Below, piece by piece: positions 24,922 through 36,572 of a stretch of 64,000 bases of DNA. The first letter of the stretch is position 1; each line of letters starts with the position of its first letter. The DNA is taken from positions 21,266,001 through 21,330,000 of the forward strand of contig OX597822.1 in assembly GCA_951406725.2 (NCBI GenBank), written 5' to 3'. The position numbers were made by a program, and so were the translations under genes. Below the pieces are notes generated by a model, which was not told the origin of the DNA, did not search any database, and saw nothing but the letters and a program-made list of their open reading frames with translations. This stretch comes from Octopus vulgaris. Its lineage: Eukaryota.

Positions 24922-27199
24922 TGAATTTTTTCCTATAATAATACTGTATACGACTTGAGATGTCTGCCTTGCCTTAATGTTTGTTGTCCTCTTTAACAAT
25001 TATATATCTGCTGCATCGGAAATCTACAATGGCTCCATAACTACTGTCTCAGCTATGACCTTGGAGCCTCAGTAATCTGTTACAGCACTTACATAGCATA
25101 ATTAATTGTTTAGATCACCTGTGAACTAAACCTGCATACTCTGTATATATATATATAATATATAATATGTAATATATATATATATATAAACATGTATATG
25201 CATGTGTGTATGTATGTATGTATGTATGTGTATATATATTTGTTTGTATGTATGTATATATCTGTATATATGTATGTTTATATGTATATACATATATGTG
25301 TTGTGTATATGTAAATGTACATATGTGTGTGTGTATGTATGTATGTAAGCATACAGGAAACACCACTCACTGAACAAGAACAACCATCACTGATGACTAG
25401 ATGATAAATTGTCAAGAACACTCATATGAGATTTGAGACTTGAAAAAATTGCCTTAGATCTAATTAACACTGCAGTAACTCTTATGACAACCAAGGAACC
25501 AACAGACAAGTCAAAGTACGATAGTTATATGGGTTATATAACAGAGTAACCTACCCCTAGAGACATGCAATAACAAATCTTGGAGGCTACCTCTTTGCAG
25601 TGATCCTACTTTGCCTGGAATGTCTCAGTCGTTGAGCTGTTATTAGATAATCATTGACCTTGTGCTGAGTTTATCTTTACAGCTGTTATTGTTTATGTCC
25701 TGTTGGATTTCTTGCAACCCAGGCTAACTTGGTAGATTTTTGGGTTAGTTGCCAACAACCTGACGAGGCATCAGGTTTTGTTAGATTATATTTTACTAGC
25801 AGTCCTCTCCCTCTCTCTCTCTCTCTCTTGCTCTCTCTCCCCTCTCACTCTCTCTCCCCTCTCTCACTCTCTTCCTCCTTCACACACACACAAACACGCC
25901 AACAACAACTTTCTCATGGTTTTGACAAATGTGAAACAAACTAGCAAAGGGCTCGTTGTGGGAGTTAGTTCTTCCAGTATCATGATGAGATTTGTGAGAA
26001 GGAATATTAAATAATCCTAGAGAAACTTATAATTGATAGATTATTGATTTTGAAACTTTGCGATATTAAGAAACAAAATTCTACTTTTAGACTTTTTTCA
26101 CTCCCCCTTTCCTTTCAATATTGTACTTCCATCCTCATTATTTTCATGATCATTGTAATCATTATCTATTGTTTTCATCATCAATATCAGCACCATGGAC
26201 ATTATTATCAAACCTGTCATCTTGATCCAACCCTGCTCTTCAGTGTAGCTACTTCCATCAATTTGATGCCAACATATACCAGTCATGACTCTTGCAAAAA
26301 CTATTATCAATGTTATCAAAACCATTATCATCTCCACTACCTATCTCATCAACTATTCTGTTCTCCCTCTCTCTGTCTGTAACAGACACCTAAAAGTTCT
26401 CACGTTCATAGTAACAACTACAACAGCCATCTTTCTCAGTGTCACATTTCTTTATCATACACGGTGAAAGCTACAAGTGTGCTGTTTTACTAAACATTGT
26501 CTCCAGACACCACAAATGCATTACTTATGCATTTCTTCACTACTCTGATTTTTAACACTTAAAAACAACACTGCTTTTCCCATTACATTCAGTAAGAGAG
26601 ACTCAAAATGGCTGCTTGACCCGCTAGAAATATCTGCCTCAAACCACATTTTAAATAAGAAAATGCTGGTATATATTACAAAGAATACCTAGAGAATTTA
26701 GATGATATATTTAGATGATACATTATGTTTTGGCATAATCATTCCTATAAACTTTGTTTTTGTTATCAAAGCAATTTTCACTGTCTCATCTTTAGGAGAG
26801 ATGTAAATATTTTGGAATAAAGCAGTATAGGGAAGTGTTCATTACCAAATGTCTAATTCTTTTTGTATGTATTTTATATTAGTTTGGTGAAGAGGAAGAT
26901 TTGTCTGGGGCGTTGTAAATACTCTGAGACTTTTAGATTGATGCAAAAAAAAAACAACATTGGATGCAGGGAGACAATCCCAAATGGCCAACACTTTGGA
27001 GACAAAGTCCTAGATCTAATGGTTAGTTTAGAATTCATATGGATAATTAAAGAGAAAGTGAAATGGTTTCTTGCTACAGGAGATGGCAAGAAACCATCTG
27101 ACTCTAAGAAGCAGAGACTATTGTAGTAGTGGTTGAAAAAGAAGAGAGTGAGTGAGAAAAAGAAGAGAGTAGGTGAGAAGTTGCAGTGTGTTTGTGGTT

Positions 27200-27600
27200 G
27201 ACCATGTACCAAACATTGTAGCAGAAGTTGATCTCATAGTTAATAGTTGTTGGGGTCTGAACTACTTTTTAGTTCTGAAGAAGGCCACTCCTTGCCAAAC
27301 AGTTTTTGTTGTCATCATCAATGATACATTTGTATCAGTCATGAAGGTTCTACCTATATGTTCATGCTTAAAGGGTGATATTATATTTTTAATATGTGTA
27401 GTAGTTGCATCATTTTGCTGTTGAAGACAAAATTAACATACCACATTACTAGATGTTTTCAGAATATTTTGTTTTTTGAGTCTAGATTGCATGCAGGTGT
27501 GAAAGAAGAGAACAAGGAAGAAGGGACAATAGTATCATTTGTTTTGGACTGAGTTTTGGCATGTAGCTTGTTGATGTATAGGGTCAGAGTTTTGGAGGCA
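27200..27600 (-). pseudogene. Possible ancient Penelope GIY-YIG remnant
   Basis: TTHIKNIISPFKHEHIGRT resembles 'NVIYxFKC..YIGRT'. Heavily decayed. Confidence 0.3.
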
Positions 27601-27817
27601 AGACAACCCTAGGACACACCAGTGTTGATAGTGTGGTTCAGAGACAGCTTCATCTGTATATGCTACAATTGTACAATTTGACACATGGTCTCCAAACTAA
27701 GAGACAAGAGATGAATGTCAACCATAAATGGTTAGTTTATTGTTCAGTCCTTGCTTATTGAGTAGACTTAGGGTCACAGACATTTCTGCTATATATATAT
27801 ATGTGTACACACACACA

Positions 27818-27869
<52 letters not shown>

Positions 27870-27872
27870 AAT

Positions 27873-28179
27873 GATAAACGTCACCCTTTTCAAACCTAGC
27901 CAAGCTCATGGGCCCAGTTTCCTGGTTTCTGTGGCGTATGTGTTCCCCCCAGCTGGATGGGACACCAGTCCATCACAGTGTTACTCAGAAACAGGAAGAG
28001 AGAGTGAGAGAAAGTTGTGGCGAAAGAGTACAACGGAGATCGCCCCCACCCTGCTGAAGCCTCGTGGGGCTTTTAGGTGTTTTCGCTCAATAAACACACA
28101 CAACACCCGGTCTGGGGATCGAAACTGCAATCCTCTGACCTCGAGTCCGCTGCCCTAACCACTGGACCATTGTGCCTCC
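27873..28179 (-). mobile_element. tRNA-derived SINE, third family, in a (CA)n tract
   Basis: Head ggaggcacaaTGGTCCAGTGGttagggcagcggactcg..GTTTCGATCCc has A/B boxes. 3' part gtgatggactggtgtcccatccag resembles V-SINE/L2-tailed SINEs. Confidence 0.85.
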
Positions 28180-28182
28180 ACA

Positions 28183-28243
<61 letters not shown>

Positions 28244-28277
28244 TTGTAATATAATGTGTGACAATTATTCAGTTACC

Positions 28278-28340
28278 ATGATAAAACTTCGAGTTTCGGA
28301 TGTTGGGGCAGAAACCTGCACCGGCATCTCTTCAGTTGTT
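28278..28340 (-). ncRNA. Hammerhead ribozyme motif within a Penelope-terminus-like repeat (~28245-28500)
   Basis: ACAA-CTGAAGA-GATGccggtGCAGgtttCTGCcccaaCATCc-GAAA-CTcgaAG-TT-TTAT. Confidence 0.65.
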
Positions 28341-28825
28341 GAGGCAATTAAAATATGTTATGAAAATGACCATTAAACAAAGGGAAATTACTATGTAAAT
28401 GACCGGTATTAAGACAAAAGAGCTATTAGAATGACTGTTAACTAAGGGAAAAAACCGAAGGAGAGGAAGTAAAAAGTAAAAGGTAAAGGAGTAAGAAAGC
28501 TCATAGCAATCACATGTGCATACATTTACATGCATACACATGTGCACATGCACACCCATGTACATGTGCCTATATGCATATGTTCACTCAGACTTGCATG
28601 GAACGCACACATGCACACCCACAAATACGTCAAATAGATGCACATATATATGCAACCATGCATGTACACGTATAGAAATCCACTCACACACATGTGCATG
28701 TAACCATATGCGCACAGTTGTATTCAAATGCATGTCTAAAAAATAAATTCCTCTGTTTACATAATATCGAGGTCTCTTTCATTCTTTTGCTGTCTTACCA
28801 TTATTATTAATACATACATATGTAT

Positions 28826-28997
28826 ATATATAAGAATTTTTTGCGTAATAAGATAAAAAAAAACCAAGGCTGTGTAGATATTAGAGCATTTATAGATAGA
28901 AGGTCTTACAGCTGTAAGACCTTCTATCTATAAATGCTCTAGTATCTACACAGCCTTGGTTTTTTTTAATCTTATTACACAAAAAATTCATATATAT
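28826..28997. repeat. Near-perfect ~170-bp palindrome centred on CAGCTG (28909-28914)
   Basis: CCAAGGCTGTGTAGATATTAGAGCATTTATAGATAGAAGGTCTTACAG|CTGTAAGACCTTCTATCTATAAATGCTCTAGTATCTACACAGCCTTGG: one mismatch in the inner 48-bp arms, no spacer. Confidence 0.95.
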
Positions 28998-29148
28998 ACA
29001 CACGCTAACATAGAACCAACGTTGAACCCTTTATTCACAATATTACCGAATCTAGAACTTAACTATGGTCTGTCTATAGCAGTTATTCAGCATTACCTGA
29101 CACCTTTGGGTCTCAATAACACCAATATCTCTTATAACCTCAACTTCT

Positions 29149-29181
<33 letters not shown>

Positions 29182-29182
<1 letters not shown>

Positions 29183-30441
29183 GAGGGGCGTTCAATAAGT
29201 AATGCCCCTGACCCACTTCCCATAGCAGTAGAGCAACGAAACTTGGCACTGTTATTAGTCTTTTTCAACATAGAAACCACCCAGAGTTACGCATTTCTCC
29301 CGTTTGATGCAGCTCTGAAGACCGTTTTTGTAGAAGACCCCCAGCTTGGTCCTCCAACCACGACGTGACTTCAGAAATCAAGGCTGCATCGTCTGGGAAA
29401 CGCTTTCCTTTCAAAAACAACTTCATGGCTGGGAAGAGGTGAAAATCAGAGGGTGCAAGGTCAGGAGAGTAGGGGGGATGGGGGAGGAGTTCATAGCTGC
29501 ACACCTGTGCTTCTGATCTGGCGACACGCGAGTTGTGGACCGGAGCGTTGTCCTGCAGGAGGAGGATGCCTTTGCTGATCTTGCCCCGCCTCTTGATTTT
29601 GATAGCTTCTCTTAATTTCCTTAAAAGTGAAGCATAATAGGCTTTTTATTATTGTGGTACTCTTTGCCAGGAAATCTGTCATCACTACTCCATCCTGGTC
29701 CCAGAAGACTGTGAGCATGACCATGCCTTCTTTGGAGGAGGTGAGTCACGGTGCTTCCATTGCATTGACTGGGCTTTGGTCTCTGGATCATAGTGATGGG
29801 CCTAGGTTTCATCCTGTGTAATCAGTCTTTTGAAAAATTTTGACTCATCTTCTTGGCACATCTCCAAATTCATCCTCGAGCACTCAATGCGTTCTTGCTT
29901 CTGGAAAGGTGTGAGCAACCTCGGAATCCATCTGGCAGACACCTTTTGCATATGCAAATGGTCATGAATGATAGTTTCCACAGGCCCGGTACTAATCTTG
30001 ACCTCATGGGCTATTTGGCGAATAGTTATGCGTTGATCTTCCAAAATGGCAGCCTCAACTTGACGGACAGATGCCTCATCAATGGAAGAAGAGGGGTGAC
30101 CAGATCTGGGAGCTGTTTCTACAGAGTTCCGACCACATTTGAATTCACGATGCCAGTGTTTTACAAGGTCATATGATGGGGCATCATCACCATCAGTTAC
30201 TTTCATTTCATCAAAAGTCTCCTGTGGCGTGTGTCCTTTCAAATACAAAAACCGGATCACTGCTCAACACTCAACAGGCTCCATTTCACACTTGACTCAG
30301 TTCAAACACCTGTAAATCAGAAACCGCAATTAGTTCAGAGCTGTAATTTGCCACTTAATCTGTAGAGATATAAATAATTGCACATGCACAATTTCAGCTA
30401 GATCAAACAACTGCAAGGCATTACTTATTGAACATCCCTCG
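29182..30441 (-). mobile_element. Full-length (1260 bp) defective mariner element
   Basis: TIRs CGAGGGGCGTTCAATAAGTAATGCC / GGCATTACTTATTGAACATCCCTCG|TA, within (TA)n. Confidence 0.95.
29262..30284 (-). pseudogene. Mariner DD34D-type transposase pseudogene
   Basis: VIRFLYLKG..HTH, KVSARWIPRLL, ITQDET (D1), VFWD, LLQDNAPVH (D2), HPPYSPDLAPSDFHLF (D3). Stop codon and frameshifts. Confidence 0.93.
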
Positions 30442-30656
30442 TATATATAAATTAATATAAACTGCCAAGTGCAATGTGATACCATAATGGAAAAATTCAG
30501 TCATCACTAAGTGTGGCTAAGGATGCCAGAGCTCCTACATTGTTAGAAATAAGAGTTAAAATACTCTTAATGCTGCAGGAGGAGTGCAAAATGAATACGC
30601 ACATGCTGACAAGGGGGAGGACAGTTGCCTCCCCTGTCAGTATGTGTGTGTGTGTG

Positions 30657-30696
<40 letters not shown>

Positions 30697-30699
<3 letters not shown>

Positions 30700-31402
30700 T
30701 CATCATCATCATCATCGTTTAACGTCCGTTTTCCGCGCTAGCACGGGTTGGACGGTTCGACCGTGTTCTGGGGAGCCAGGGGCTGCTCCAGGCTCCAGTC
30801 TGATCTGGCAGTGTTTCTACAGCTGGATGCCCTTCCTAACGCCAACCATCCGTGAGTGTAATGGGTGCTTATTACGTGCCACCTGCACAGGTGCCAGAGG
30901 GGTCTGGCATCGGCCACAATCGGTTGGTGCTTTTTATGTGCCACCAGCACAGAAGCCAGTCAAGGCGGGGTTGGCATCGGTCATGTTCGGATGGTGCCTT
31001 TTATGTGCCACCGGCACAGAAGCCAGTCGAGGCGGCACTGGCAACGGCCACGTTCGGATGGTGCTTTTTATGTGTCACCAGCACAGGTATCACAACTACT
31101 GTTTCCATTGATATTTGGTTCGATGTTCATGTACATGCACTTGACTCAACAGGTCTCCTCAAGCACAGCGAGATGTTCCGGGATCCAAGGTACTTTCAAT
31201 GGGCAGGGGGTATGCGGAACTGGTGCCGGAAGCATCCCAGGTCTTAGTAGTCACAGCACATCTCCAGAGATCTCGGTCCTTCGCCATTGCCTCAGTGAGG
31301 CCCAACACTCTGAGGTCATGCTTGACTACCTCATCCCATATCTTCCTGGGTCTACCTCTCCACCTGATTCCTTCAACTGTTCGGGAGTGGCACTTCTTCA
31401 CA
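30697..31402 (-). mobile_element. RTE LINE 3' portion: ORF end, 3' UTR with four 62-67-bp units, and (GAT)n tail, in (TA)n
   Basis: CVKKCHSRTVEGIRWRGRPRKIWDEVVKHDLRVLGLTEAMAKDRDLWRCAV is the canonical RTE C-terminus. Confidence 0.92.
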
Positions 31403-31403
31403 C

Positions 31404-31450
<47 letters not shown>

Positions 31451-33240
31451 CATACATACATACATACATACACCTTCTTCACTACTGCCAGTTACATATG
31501 TTTTAAGGGACTGCTATTTCTAGCAGGGTGAGTGATTATGTAAGGTGCCCTTGTTGGTGAGGCAGTATGATTGCACATATGCCTCAAATGTAATAGTTCT
31601 TTTCTTAGTTTTTTATTACATTTTTCCTCTGCATTCATGGCTTCAGAAGCAGAGAAATTTTTTCTTCACAGTTATTGTCATTTGCTCAACAATTATGGCT
31701 TCAGAAGTAGAAAAATCAGTTTTAAAATTACAAATTAACAGCTCCATAATTTAAAATGTTATTTTCTGAGATGGTCGGTATTTTGGACATATTTTCATTG
31801 GAATCAATTTACGTCGATCAAAGTCAGTCTATGAAGCTGAAATTATTTAATGGCACTTGAAGGTGACTTGCAGCTGCACTGTAACCTAATATTAGCAGTA
31901 AAGAAATATATGAACAATACAATCCTTACTAGAGAACCTCTTCTTTCTAAAAAAGAAAGAAAATAATAATTGTAAATATAAAAAACACAATACAATGTGG
32001 CTGTATTATTTGTCTAGCTTTAAATTATGTTAGTTTTAATAATACTTAGTAACATAATTGACAAGAACGGTAATAATTGCTTTCAGAACTAGCAGAACTT
32101 TTTGGTTACAGCAGCAAATAAATTGCAAATTATGGATACCATTTACTGCTTGCTTGGTTCAGTGGTAAACTTTATAGTAACTGCCATAATTTAACACCAT
32201 CCAAAGAAAGAGCCTCTACATGGCTTCTTACCATTCTAAAAATAGTAGCCAAATGTTTTCAAGTAACACCTGACCATCTTAAAAGTGGGAAGACTACATT
32301 AGATAATACAGTCCTTAGACACCCTTAAAAAGACAGGATTGTTATAGTGAGATTGTTTTCAGTTACATCACTTTGATGAAAAGTGATATGAAAACTTAAA
32401 AACAACAACCAATTTTTTTAAAACCAAATTTTATTTTTAAATCATTGGGTGAGACATATTTTCATATTCCTTTCTGGATTTCATTTCAGTAAACCTTATG
32501 AAAAATATTAAATTCTAACTCAAGCAAAGAACAGGTTGTTATATTACCTATCTCCTCCTGCCCAATATTTTACTTAGTACCATACTAATATATTCATATC
32601 TGTATCTATTTACTTTCCAGTATATTTTATATTTTCATGGAATTGTTCAACATATTTAGACATTTTCATGATATGTGGAATCTTATGGATTTGAAACCTG
32701 AAGGGGACTGTTCATTCCCTCATGAATTTGGAGTGTTGTTAGTTTATTACATTTGGAAGGTGTTGGGATGTTCCCTGCTTAAACTCAACTACTATCTACC
32801 ATTTCATTCAGTACTTCTTATTCTCTAACTAAAGGGAGCCTCTGGAGTGAATGAGATCTCGTGATCTTTGAGAAGCAATTGCCAATTATTTTTCATATCA
32901 CACCTTTGTTTCCAAACATAAGCATAGCAAATAAAATAAAGGTGGTGTCATTGATTGTATGATCCCATATATATTGCACAAAACAAAACTATATTTGATA
33001 GTGAGTTAGAAAATGTTTGATCAAACCTTTGATCCAAGTTGACTTGAGGTTAACAAACTACAAGCCCACTCCTTAAGATCATGTGCAATCTACAATCCTA
33101 ACTTTATATACACACTTGCTCTCTCTCCCTCTCACACACAAACTCACTCACTGTCTCTCTCACACACACACACAAACCCCACTCCCACACGTACTCTCTT
33201 TCTAACACATGCACTCTCTTTCTCACTCAGACACATGCAT

Positions 33241-33276
<36 letters not shown>

Positions 33277-33629
33277 CAATGTACACTTTGTTGTGTATTA
33301 GGTTTTTTGTTTCTAAGTATCCATTTATTTCTCCATGAATGAAGCTAGTTTTATAAATCTGAATATCTTCAATTTTTTATAGTTGTAGCTATTTCATCTG
33401 AACATTTAAGCTAGTGAAAAAGCCTTCCAGTGATCAATTCAGCCTGATAAAAGTATCAATCACATTTCCCCTCAAACCATGCCATACCATACCATTTTAA
33501 AGAGTATATTGGGTTATGAAGTCTGGAGTATATTATACCTTAAAAAAGATCATGCCTTTGGTCATAGGTTTCACTAACAGCTGATCTGGGGCTCAACAAC
33601 AATATCCAACTACTATGTCTCACATCCTG

Positions 33630-33855
33630 TGCTTGCAATGCTTCATCAACCACGAGGTGGTGGAAGCTTCAGTGAAAGAGTTCTTCAACCTGAAGAATAA
33701 GAACAGGTATCAGTGTGGGATCAAAAAACTGGAAGAACGGTGACTTCAAGTGGTGCAACGTAATAGCTTCTACTCTGAATGCTAGGCTGCTTTTGTTGTA
33801 ACTTGATAAATAAAGCAAGTATTGCAAAATGTTTGATTCAACTTATTATTTCTTT
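33630..33855 (+). mobile_element. Mariner 3' fragment
   Basis: FINHEVVEASVKEFFNLKNKNRYQCGIKKLEER*LQVVQRNSFYSE matches the mariner C-terminus. Confidence 0.7.
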
Positions 33856-33859
33856 TTAC

Positions 33860-35270
33860 CACAGGTTTTGTTGAAACTCCTGGAGTCTTACATGTGTAAC
33901 AGGTTTGCTCCCTGTAGCCTACGGTACCATGCTATCCATTCTTTTCAACTATCTAATTCTTTCATGATTATTCTGGTCATGCCAAGGAGACAAACCTTCT
34001 GTAATAGTTCTACTGGGTACTCTATTCCAATTTCCTTTATATTCCCCGTGATGCTTTCTGATACTGTCCCCAAGGACTCAACAATAATTGGAACTATCTT
34101 CACCTTCATTTTCCATAGCCAGGCTATCCGTACTTAAAAAGGTTGTATTTATCTATTTTTTTTGCCTTCCTTCTTGACTATTCAAAGGAGCAGGCAACAC
34201 CAACTATATAGCACATGTGTTGCACCTTGTCGACCACCTCTAGGTCTGGTCTGTTATGCTCTAGCACCTGATCTGTTTGGATTGGGAAATCCCAGAGGAT
34301 TTTGTTAGTCTCCGACTCTGCCACTCTGCCGTTTGTGCTCATACCACATCTTGCCTCTCTCTAGTTCCCTCTTTTTGGACAGTTTCCAGTGTAGCATTTT
34401 TACTACCTGATCGTAAAGCCACAACTTGTAGTGGTTTTGGGCAAGCCTAGGGCATTCATTCATGATATGGACAATGGTTTTATCCACTCCATTGCAGATG
34501 CAGCACAGCAGAGACACTTGCTCATTCCTATCTGTATGTTTTGGTATATCCCAAAGTATGGTTGCTTTCTCATTTTCTGTGATCTTTTCTGGTGTGTGCC
34601 TATACCATCTTTTTTCTGTTATTCCATAGTGTTGGCATAGCTTCTAGTGTATATAGTTCCCAACTCTGTCGTATCCATGAATATATTCTTTCATAGCCAG
34701 GACTGGACAGCCAGAGAAAATATGATTTATTGTTTCTTCTTCATCTCCATATATTCTGCAGTTACTTGTATTTCTTTTCATTGCATGCTTTTGATGATTA
34801 CTGGTGGGAAGGCTTTGATCTTGTGTTGCAATTAAAACTACTTCAGTCTCTGCTTTCAGTCCTGAGCTTCTCTACCATTGTTGGGATTTTGCTTTGTCTA
34901 TTTCTTTTCCGTTTAGTTTAACTCAGTGTTTGCCATGAAGCAGCTTTTCTTGCCATCGTTTCACCATGATGCATTACTGTTCCAGTTTTTGTTTGGATTT
35001 CAGTTGTTTTACAGCTTTTGTTGTTTCTTCTTTTTCTTCATAGTTCTTAGGAACTATGGCATCCTTTATATATTTGTCAGCTTCCTTAAAGACTGAAAAC
35101 AGTTTTTTTTTTGTTTTGTTCGTGTTTTGTGGCTATTTGTATTAGTTTTCCTTGCTCCTGAAGTAGGTATTTCTGTAATCCTACAGTGGTTGTTTTGTAA
35201 TAGTTTTCTAGCTGTACAAGGCCTCTACTAACTTTGATATGTTATATGTCAGATTTTGGATGGTGCAATA
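33860..35270 (-). pseudogene. Decayed R4/Dong-like (RLE) non-LTR retrotransposon 3' portion
   Basis: CCICNGVDKTIVHIMNECPRLAQNHYK (CCHC), ILWDFPIQTDQVLEHNRPDLEVVD, IVPIIVESLGTVS. Confidence 0.8.
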
Positions 35271-35290
35271 TTATTATTATTATTATTATT

Positions 35291-35846
35291 GAGTGAGAGA
35301 GCAGTGCATGCCATCAAAGTGACACTGGGGTAAAATATACGAAGCCCAATATACCCATCATGATTACCCGTCTGATAAGGGTACACCAGGCACATGCATC
35401 ACAACCATATGTGCGCGACATGGTGATCTCATATCAAGATAAACAGCACATGACCTTGCAGGTGGGGCCCAGTTAGAATTTTCTTCAGGTTGAGTAGCCC
35501 ATCCCGCTCAAAAGGTCCCTGAATAAGGGTTGTTTAAGGATGTTGAAAGAACCACCCATGTTTCCAGAGGTGAATTATTCAAACCCCAAAGAATCCCTCT
35601 CAACACATGGCTATGATGCTCCCCCACTACTTCTGCTCGTGTTCAGAGATGCACATATCGTCAGCCACTAAGGGACATGCTCAACTGGTTAAGGTCAAGC
35701 AACTGACAAGCAAATCTGTGGTTTTGAGCAGAATATTTGCTGTAGCCCATCTTTTATACCAAGACAAAACAATATACATGATAACACTTCCAATCAGTTA
35801 AGATCAGAAGCCATGAGAGCCACTGCCTGGTACTGCATCAGGGCAT
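35291..35846 (-). mobile_element. Young ~555-bp ORF-less element flanked by (TTA)n; truncated second copy at 55422-55836
   Basis: About 10 differences over the ~415 shared bp. Both copies sit between (TTA)n tracts and share the left end. Confidence 0.85.
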
Positions 35847-35884
35847 TTATTATTATTATTATTATTATTTTTTTTTTTTTTTTT

Positions 35885-36500
35885 TCTTCTTTCAAATTTG
35901 CTTCCATTTCTTGCCGAGTGTCTTCCCGACTCCTAGGGCAAAGAAACTCATAGTATACATTGGTAGGCCATTAAACCAAACTCAGTAGTTCGTTCATTTT
36001 TTTTTTTTTTTTTAAATTTTTTTAAAAGTTAAATTAAAATACATGAGCAGCAACAGTTCGACAATGCTCTTCTCAATACGTGTGATGTACCAGTTAAGAC
36101 AATCTTTTGCACTTCTTGCAGGGATGGTAAGCCAGGGATCATTCTCATATAATTTTCGGTTCCCTTCTTGATCATTCCTAGTGCTCCTACGATCACTGGT
36201 ATTGTAACCGCCTTGAGATGCCACATTTTCTCAATTTCAATGAGTAGGTCTTTATATTTTCTGAGCTTGTCAAACTCTTTCGCTGAGATATTATGATCAC
36301 AGGGGATGCTCATGTCGATCAATAAGCAAACTTTATTGTTTTGGTCTTTCACAACAATATCTGGTTTATTGGCCTTGATGGTTCGGTCTGTATGTACTGG
36401 AAAGTCCCACAGAATAGTTACATTTTCTCCTTCAGTTACAGCCTCAGGGTGGCGATTATACCACTTGTCGGCAGTTTTGATATTGGCCAACTCTGTCATG
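35885..36500 (-). pseudogene. R4/Dong-like 3' end with an uninterrupted restriction-like endonuclease domain (ORF 36029-36499)
   Basis: ILWDFPVHTDRTIKANKPDIVVKD..CLLIDMSIP..EFDKLRKYKDL..IPVIVGALG is a PD-(D/E)xK domain. 3' UTR is followed by an A-run and (TAA)n. Confidence 0.92.
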
Positions 36501-36539
36501 TCTTAATTTATACTCCACTGGTGCTAAGACTTTACATCC

Positions 36540-36572
<33 letters not shown>

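Larger units (their letters stand above)
23755..25006. mobile_element. Penelope-like element relic with inverted ~150-bp termini (pLTR-like), each with a hammerhead motif
   Basis: 23755-23905 is the near reverse complement of 24855-25006 (ATTGTTAAAGAGGACAACAAACATTAAGGCAAGGCAGACATCTCAAGTCGTATACA). Internal GIY-YIG remnant. Confidence 0.88.

Noticed and set aside
28105-28179. tRNA-like sequence (also at 38088-38160)
   Set aside because: It continues into a SINE body without a complete cloverleaf, so it is a SINE head rather than a tRNA gene.
30860-31090. CRISPR-like appearance of the 62-67-bp units and of the 14.9-kb array
   Set aside because: The spacers are homologous to each other, the context is a eukaryotic LINE, and there are no cas genes.
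35640-35846. Possible HDV-like ribozyme at the 5' end of the 555-bp element
   Set aside because: I could not assemble the nested double pseudoknot by eye.
35885-35905. CAAATTTGAAA at the R4 3' end resembling one SINE-B tail
   Set aside because: Only ~10 AT-rich nt match and the terminal repeats have opposite polarity (AAT versus ATT).
36029-36499. Intact 156-aa nuclease ORF as a domesticated gene
   Set aside because: It is 5'-truncated without RT and retains the element's 3' UTR and tail, consistent with a young insertion.
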